DNA of 12,778 bases from Candidatus Thorarchaeota archaeon (lineage in GTDB: Archaea > Asgardarchaeota > Thorarchaeia > Thorarchaeales > Thorarchaeaceae). This document shows positions 8,683-12,778 of the stretch, piece by piece. The position numbers and the translations under genes are program-made. Where the stretch lies: the NCBI GenBank assembly GCA_048882045.1, contig JBHLRZ010000058.1, positions 1 through 12,778 of the forward strand, given 5' to 3'. Below the pieces are notes generated by a model. It ran no database searches, was not told where the DNA came from, and was given only the letters and a program-made list of their open reading frames with translations. The number at the start of each line of letters is the position of its first letter. Position 1 is the stretch's first letter.

Positions 8683-9453
8683 TCAGTCCTCCCAGTCGAA
8701 GTCATCAACAGAATCGTATACTCCTCTAGTGTAAGGATGCCATGTCTTGATGGACTTGAGACCCTTCAGTCCTTTCAGACCACGCATAGCACCAGCTACA
8801 GATCTAGTGACTATCGGTGCAATGTCTACACAGTGGTCCAAACCAGCGATGCCGTCCTTGTTGACAATGAGCTGCTTGCCATCAGCGTTTGAGATGACAA
8901 CTCCGGATTCACTCACTGATACGAGATTGTCTTCACCAACAACATGAACCATCTTGCCATAGATGAAGACAAGACCTTTCTTCTCACTCATGACCAGCAA
9001 CACCTTCGTTTCGGAATTGTCCTTCCCGAAGAAGACCCAATTGTCCTTCTTATTGTCAAAGCGGGTCTTAGAGTCTTCTCCATGGACCATGTCCTCTATT
9101 GTAGACTCAACTGAACGGATGAAAGAGTCCGAATCACCGTAATCTTGTTTCTGAAGATCAGAAATATCAGCTTTCTTGGATATGTTCTCTAAGGAAGTTA
9201 GACCTATGAATAGCTGGACCCCCTTCAGGACACCAGATACTGATTTGCCCATTGCTCCCATCTCAGTCTCAGCAATGGCATCCACTGCGAACCGAGATGG
9301 ACCAGAGAATGCTACTCCGATCCTGATTCCATCTTCAAGTAGGTAGGACCAGATGCATCCTGAATCTAGTCTCACGTAGGCTTTCTCATGGGAGATTATC
9401 TCAATCTCCTGTGTTGTAACCATCACATTGCTATCAGGTGTAAATCGCGTCAT
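8683..9453 (-). CDS. Hypothetical beta-rich protein ending in DDFDWED
   Basis: Long ORF with GGAGGA 7 nt upstream of the ATG at 9453, directly after the stop of the upstream gene, which suggests an operon. No family recognised. Confidence 0.85.
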   Translation of the reverse strand: MTRFTPDSNVMVTTQEIEIISHEKAYVRLDSGCIWSYLLEDGIRIGVAFSGPSRFAVDAIAETEMGAMGKSVSGVLKGVQLFIGLTSLENISKKADISDLQKQDYGDSDSFIRSVESTIEDMVHGEDSKTRFDNKKDNWVFFGKDNSETKVLLVMSEKKGLVFIYGKMVHVVGEDNLVSVSESGVVISNADGKQLIVNKDGIAGLDHCVDIAPIVTRSVAGAMRGLKGLKGLKSIKTWHPYTRGVYDSVDDFDWED

Positions 9454-9466
9454 TCTCAAATCCTCC

Positions 9467-10426
9467 TTAGTCTTCCCAATCTAGCGCATCTAGATCGTCA
9501 ATTTCATCTTCGAGCTCCTCTTCCTCCTCAAGCTCCGCCTCTTGAGCCTCTTCGAGTGCTTCACGTGCTTCCTCGAGCTCGTCCTGATGTGACTCGACTT
9601 CATTGGCTGCTTCTTCCAAATCTTCAGCCAGAGACGCGAGGTGTTCCTCAGCTTTCTCAAGGTCAGTGTCTAGTCCTGCATCTTCGAACTCGACATCAAC
9701 AGACTCACCATTGTTCCCTCTTCGCTCTCGTTGTTTCTCAACCCTGTGAGTCAACCATTGGGAGAGTCGGTAGGCTAGCCGTCCTTCCACCGTGACATAG
9801 TAGGTTCCGCGGACTTCGCCTTTTACAACATACCCAGCATCAATCAAGGGATTGAGGTGATGCGTCAATGAACTCCCTGTCTTACCAGTGAACTCCTCAA
9901 TTTCATTGAAACTCTTACCACCAGTCTTGAGATAGTCAAGAATCTTCAAACGCTCCTCATTACCTAGAGGAGCAACAATTTGTGCCACTCTCTCAGGAGG
10001 TATTGACTCAATCATGGATTGCTGTTCTTTTCTCTTCTTGGTCCTACGACGACCCTTTTGAATTCGAATTCCTGGAATCTTCAGTCCTTCGATGTTCCGG
10101 AGACTCATTTCGATTGATTGACCCAGTCCATCCATCATGTTCTCGAGGGAGTCTGTCAAGTCTTCGAGATCAAAATCAAGTCTAGCTACTCGTGGAGCTC
10201 TAGGTGGCTTTGGGGGTTTAATCGGTTTGACTGGTTTTACCCTCTCTGCACGTCTTACCTCAGCCCTACGTCTACGAGCCTCTTCTCTCAGGCGTTGTAC
10301 ATCTTCTCTGCGTCGACGTACATCCTCTTTCTCAAGACGTACATCGTCGACTTCTCGCCGTAGCTCCTCCTTAAGCCTACGGACTTCTTCAAGTTCTTTG
10401 CGAATTTTGTCTATATCGTCACTCAT
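9467..10426 (-). CDS. ArsR-type wHTH regulator with N-terminal charged coiled coil, Pro-rich linker and acidic C-terminal tail ending in LDWED
   Basis: VAPLGNEERLKILDYL...SFNEIEEFTGKTGSSLTHHLNPLIDAGYV...GTYYVTVEG fits ArsR-like wHTH. Start placed at MSDDID (10426; 319 aa) because the 44 upstream codons are AT-rich promoter-like sequence. Confidence 0.88.
   Translation of the reverse strand: MSDDIDKIRKELEEVRRLKEELRREVDDVRLEKEDVRRRREDVQRLREEARRRRAEVRRAERVKPVKPIKPPKPPRAPRVARLDFDLEDLTDSLENMMDGLGQSIEMSLRNIEGLKIPGIRIQKGRRRTKKRKEQQSMIESIPPERVAQIVAPLGNEERLKILDYLKTGGKSFNEIEEFTGKTGSSLTHHLNPLIDAGYVVKGEVRGTYYVTVEGRLAYRLSQWLTHRVEKQRERRGNNGESVDVEFEDAGLDTDLEKAEEHLASLAEDLEEAANEVESHQDELEEAREALEEAQEAELEEEEELEDEIDDLDALDWED
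10247..10372 (-). repeat. Degenerate 21-bp (heptad) tandem repeat within the coding sequence
   Basis: KEELRRE VDDVRLE KEDVRRR REDVQRL REEARRR RAEVRRA. GATGTAC recurs three times at 21-nt spacing. Confidence 0.7.
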
Positions 10427-10440
10427 TGTATTTGTTCGCC

Positions 10441-10470
10441 AACTGTAATAATGTACAGTTTTCATATAAA
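10441..10470 (-). promoter_or_regulatory. TATA-like box and adjacent operator-like inverted repeat of the ArsR operon
   Basis: Minus-strand TTTATAT (10470-10464), followed 3 nt later by AACTGTA-N6-TACAGTT (10441-10460), upstream of the ATG at 10426. Confidence 0.6.
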
Positions 10471-10584
10471 TGTATGGGATGTAGTAAGTTACATTTTGGG
10501 CTGCGTACATAGTTTGCGTCAAAAAAGCATGAAATCGAGCTGCCGGCTTCTGGACCACACAGAACGCGTTTCTACAACATATCC

Positions 10585-10670
10585 TTATTAACTAGTCAAT
10601 TGACTAATTTTGCACCTGCCGCTAGGGGGAACACTAGATAATCCTCCTGGTGACTTGTAATTGTAGAGGT
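10585..10670 (+). promoter_or_regulatory. Histone gene promoter, palindrome, leader and SD
   Basis: TTATTAA (10585-10591), perfect 14-bp palindrome TAGTCAATTGACTA (10593-10606), and GAGGT (10666-10670) 8 nt before the ATG. Confidence 0.55.
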
Positions 10671-10678
10671 AACAAATA

Positions 10679-10879
10679 ATGTCTAAGAAGAAAGCGAAAG
10701 CTCCAAAGTATACCTTCTTTGTGAAGAAAGCCATTCAAGACTTTGCCAAGGAGAATGGAATGATGGTCGGTAGCGACGCATATGATGCTGTCAATGCTGC
10801 TGTCAATGCCGCCCTTTCTGATGCAGCTGATCGCTGCAAGAAGAATGGTCGTAAGACACTGAAGGCATACGACTTCTAG
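10679..10879 (+). CDS. Archaeal histone-fold protein, alpha3-truncated (face-to-face-like), with a short Lys-rich N-terminal extension
   Basis: 66 aa: alpha1 KKAIQDFAKEN, L1 GMMVGSD, Ala-rich alpha2, then NGRKTLKAYDF-stop (RxTxxxxD histone motif). Has an SD and a downstream terminator. Confidence 0.9.
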   Translation: MSKKKAKAPKYTFFVKKAIQDFAKENGMMVGSDAYDAVNAAVNAALSDAADRCKKNGRKTLKAYDF

Positions 10880-10894
10880 GTTACTTAGTACAAA

Positions 10895-10950
10895 AACGGG
10901 AGGGCAGTCTAGGCTGCCCAACACCCCGTTCTCTTGCTCTTTTTGTTTCT
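10895..10950 (+). terminator. Extended hairpin plus U-rich tract after the histone gene
   Basis: AACGGG/CCCGTT (10895-10930) encloses GGGCAG/CTGCCC (10902-10919), followed by CTCTTGCTCTTTTTGTTTCT. Confidence 0.65.
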
Positions 10951-11002
10951 GGTCCAAAGCGTAGACCAAAGTCTATATCCGATGTTTTGTGGATAGTAAT
11001 GG

Positions 11003-11293
11003 ATGGTGAGCTTCATGGGACGGCCTGGTGTCAACACAGAAAGATCGTACGGGTTTTACGTAACCGGCTTTGTGATCATTTGCCTGATTGCAGGTATCTT
11101 TCTATGGCCCCTCACATTCTCACCCATTATCTCAGTGATGGACTTGCCTTCCATAATCGTCTTCATCTCGATCATGATGATTACACTTCTTGGTTGCGGG
11201 TTGCCAGACAGAGGAAGACCGCACTTTCAGTTCCACTATCACGGAGAAGAGTTTCCAGTGATGGATGAGATGAGAGAAGAGATCATGGACTGA
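11003..11293 (+). CDS. Small two-TM membrane protein
   Basis: Two hydrophobic segments and an acidic tail. No family recognised; start uncertain. Confidence 0.7.
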   Translation: MVSFMGRPGVNTERSYGFYVTGFVIICLIAGIFLWPLTFSPIISVMDLPSIIVFISIMMITLLGCGLPDRGRPHFQFHYHGEEFPVMDEMREEIMD

Positions 11294-11385
11294 GGTGACG
11301 AAAAGTGGTGGCTCGCGTTAGTATGGAGCAAAAGGGATAAGAGTAAACGAATTCAACATTTTGGAAATTTCTTTTGGTGAATAAG

Positions 11386-11859
11386 ATGACACAAAACACA
11401 ATGAGCGCGAGGAGATTCTTGTTGTTCATCCTTGTGGCAGCTTTAATCGCTCCACACACATTTGAAATCTCAGGTCGAATGATCCCTGACGGTTCTTTTA
11501 CGAGGTATAGTTTGATCTTGGTATTACTGACTCTATTCTATGAATCAGGCGCCACTATCGCTGGCCCATACAGTATGGTATTCATTCTTCCTCCCACATC
11601 AGCAATTCTATTGAATGTGCTGACTTTGATAATCAATATTTCAATAATAATGAGTCAATGGCTGTACACGAAAGGTTCAATGTCAAGAAAGAATGTCTTC
11701 TACGTAATTGGCCTTGCTTTGTGTGTACATGTACTTCTACTGATCGGCTTCTTCTCATACCAGTTGGACGCAACAGCAAGCGTGTTATCAATCCCTCTGC
11801 CCATTTTCCCTATAATTAGTGCCCTAGTGGTCCTTCGAGGCAAAATTCCAAGTCCATAA
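11386..11859 (+). CDS. Hypothetical multi-pass membrane protein
   Basis: Four to five hydrophobic segments, with PLPIFPI before the last one. Start could be 11374, 11386 or 11401. Confidence 0.75.
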   Translation: MTQNTMSARRFLLFILVAALIAPHTFEISGRMIPDGSFTRYSLILVLLTLFYESGATIAGPYSMVFILPPTSAILLNVLTLIINISIIMSQWLYTKGSMSRKNVFYVIGLALCVHVLLLIGFFSYQLDATASVLSIPLPIFPIISALVVLRGKIPSP

Positions 11860-11864
11860 GCAAA

Positions 11865-11903
11865 AGGATGAAGATAGGGGCCCAACCCCTAATCCTTCAT
11901 CCT
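11865..11903. terminator. Long hairpin between convergent genes
   Basis: AGGATGAAG/CTTCATCCT outer stem with an inner TAGGGG/CCCCTA stem, starting 5 nt after the stop at 11859. Confidence 0.6.
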
Positions 11904-11953
11904 GAATCTTCTTCACGGTATCGATGACCTCCAACCCGCATTCAGATAGTCAG

Positions 11954-12604
11954 CTATTCTAGGGCTTGTCGAAGTGCATCCCATTCTTCGTTGGAGAGTG
12001 CCTTCTGGGCAATCTGGATTGCTTCCTTAAACACAGTTGCTGGCATGAGGGATTTCATTCCGGACATTATGCCGACTCGTTCCATAGGATTGGTTGCTTG
12101 GACCAGATATGGTAGAAAATACTGGGAAACTTCTGGAGCTGGCTTCATTGACATTTTCCCTATTATCTCAACTATCTGATTATCCTTCAGCACCTCCCAG
12201 AGAATTGGCATTGCTGTCTTCTCTTCGACCTGCATGTGTTCAGAGTATTTGACGACGAAGTCATTGAAGGCTTGCACAACTTCATTACCTTTCATTATTC
12301 GCTCTTCATCAACAATAAGAGCCTCCACCTGCTGTTCAATGGAATCCATTATAGGAGTAAATGTTTGGTGGTCACGGTTCAACCGATCAAATAGGTTTGG
12401 ATTCTTTTCTTCAATATTGGGAAACACAAACTCTTCTTCTGCTGCGGCATGAACATGTAGCACCTCAAAAGATCGTCTAACTTCATCACGTTGAGATTTG
12501 ACATTTTCCAATACACGGAGATCTAGCTGGCCCAATTGCAACACTCTGGTGTTCAATAAGTGTCGAAGTCCTTTATGAATCGGTCCGAACAATCGCATAC
12601 GCAT
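11954..12604 (-). CDS. Hemerythrin-like (HHE cation-binding) protein
   Basis: IHKGLR, HAAAEE, DH and HMQVEE give the H...HxxxE...H...HxxxE di-iron pattern, followed by a helical C-terminal extension. Confidence 0.88.
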   Translation of the reverse strand: MRMRLFGPIHKGLRHLLNTRVLQLGQLDLRVLENVKSQRDEVRRSFEVLHVHAAAEEEFVFPNIEEKNPNLFDRLNRDHQTFTPIMDSIEQQVEALIVDEERIMKGNEVVQAFNDFVVKYSEHMQVEEKTAMPILWEVLKDNQIVEIIGKMSMKPAPEVSQYFLPYLVQATNPMERVGIMSGMKSLMPATVFKEAIQIAQKALSNEEWDALRQALE

Positions 12605-12778
12605 GACAAAACCTCAACATAGGTCAGAGGGCTATCTAAGATAAAGGTTGCATTACAGTCTTTCTTTCTGCAAGAGCGAGGAAATTCTGCGGCCTAAAAG
12701 ATTGGCTACGATGATGTCACTGCTTGACACTCTCGCGAGGATTATTCCGTTCTAAACTTTCGGATGGTTTTCACACTC

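Noticed and set aside
8623-8685. Selenocysteine read-through: TGA GTT GGG TGA after DWED would give U-V-G-U followed by a short open frame, with hairpins downstream
   Set aside because: The matching DWED-TAA end of the neighbouring gene indicates a true stop, and I found no AUGA/GA SECIS core in the 3' region.
8559-8686. Mini-CRISPR reading of the roughly 40-nt-periodic TCAG..CTGA units
   Set aside because: Only 4-5 nt at each end are shared, loops differ, and there are no cas genes.
9467-10426. Calling the regulator a WASP/VCA homologue (basic, Pro-rich and acidic-Trp elements)
   Set aside because: No WH2 (LKKT/V-like) motif or poly-Pro runs, and the core is a clear wHTH. Only the terminal motif resemblance is kept.
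10427-10558. 44-codon N-terminal extension of the regulator given by the ORF track
   Set aside because: It overlaps the TATA box and operator-like repeat and has non-coding-like composition.
10785-10809. 12-bp direct repeat TGCTGTCAATGC in the histone gene (AVNA AVNA)
   Set aside because: Too short, and explained by the periodicity of an Ala-rich helix.
10902-10919. Metazoan-type histone 3' stem-loop (SLBP site)
   Set aside because: Similar size, but the loop is CUAG rather than UUUH and the stem differs from GGYYYU/ARRRCC. A terminator is the simpler reading.
985-12452. Overlapping ORF-track entries (985-1266, 1063-1434, 2788-3063, 3223-3435, 3497-3691, 3680-3862, 6257-6529, 7319-7546, 7974-8192, 8747-8947, 9388-9795, 9982-10185, 10118-10363, 10137-10448, 10634-10969, 10987-11268, 11700-11885, 11991-12179, 12234-12452)
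   Set aside because: Antisense or off-frame shadows of better-supported genes, with no motifs. The Ser/Arg- and Leu/Pro-rich ones mirror the Glu/Arg codon bias of the real gene.
12660-12778. Possible gene fragment at the right edge
   Set aside because: Only very short open frames (e.g. minus-strand ...SVKTIRKFRTE-stop); cannot be assigned without flanking sequence.

Overview
Gene-dense prokaryotic window that looks archaeal: it has a histone-fold gene, TATA-like boxes and few Shine-Dalgarno sites. An Asgard (Thorarchaeia-like) origin is an impression only, since no diagnostic marker is present. Genes in order: the 5' part of a secreted, sequon-rich surface protein missed by the ORF track; a membrane-anchored wHTH protein; a Zn-ribbon protein; a TIGR04076-like Cys protein; a cation:proton antiporter; endonuclease III; a flavodoxin-like protein; an asymmetric heterodimeric ABC exporter; a two-gene minus-strand operon; a short alpha3-truncated histone; two small membrane proteins; a hemerythrin-like protein. 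The most unusual part is 8500-10950. A coiled-coil/Pro-rich/ArsR-wHTH/acidic-tail protein and an unrelated beta-rich protein both end in an independently encoded acidic ...D-W-E-D-stop motif. This operon is followed by a cluster of TCAG-N8/9-CTGA hairpins and is divergently transcribed from a Lys-tailed histone, with a palindrome next to each putative TATA box. One ABC NBD also carries a 45-aa insertion of three tandem beta-hairpin-like units. No rRNA, tRNA, CRISPR array or mobile element was seen.
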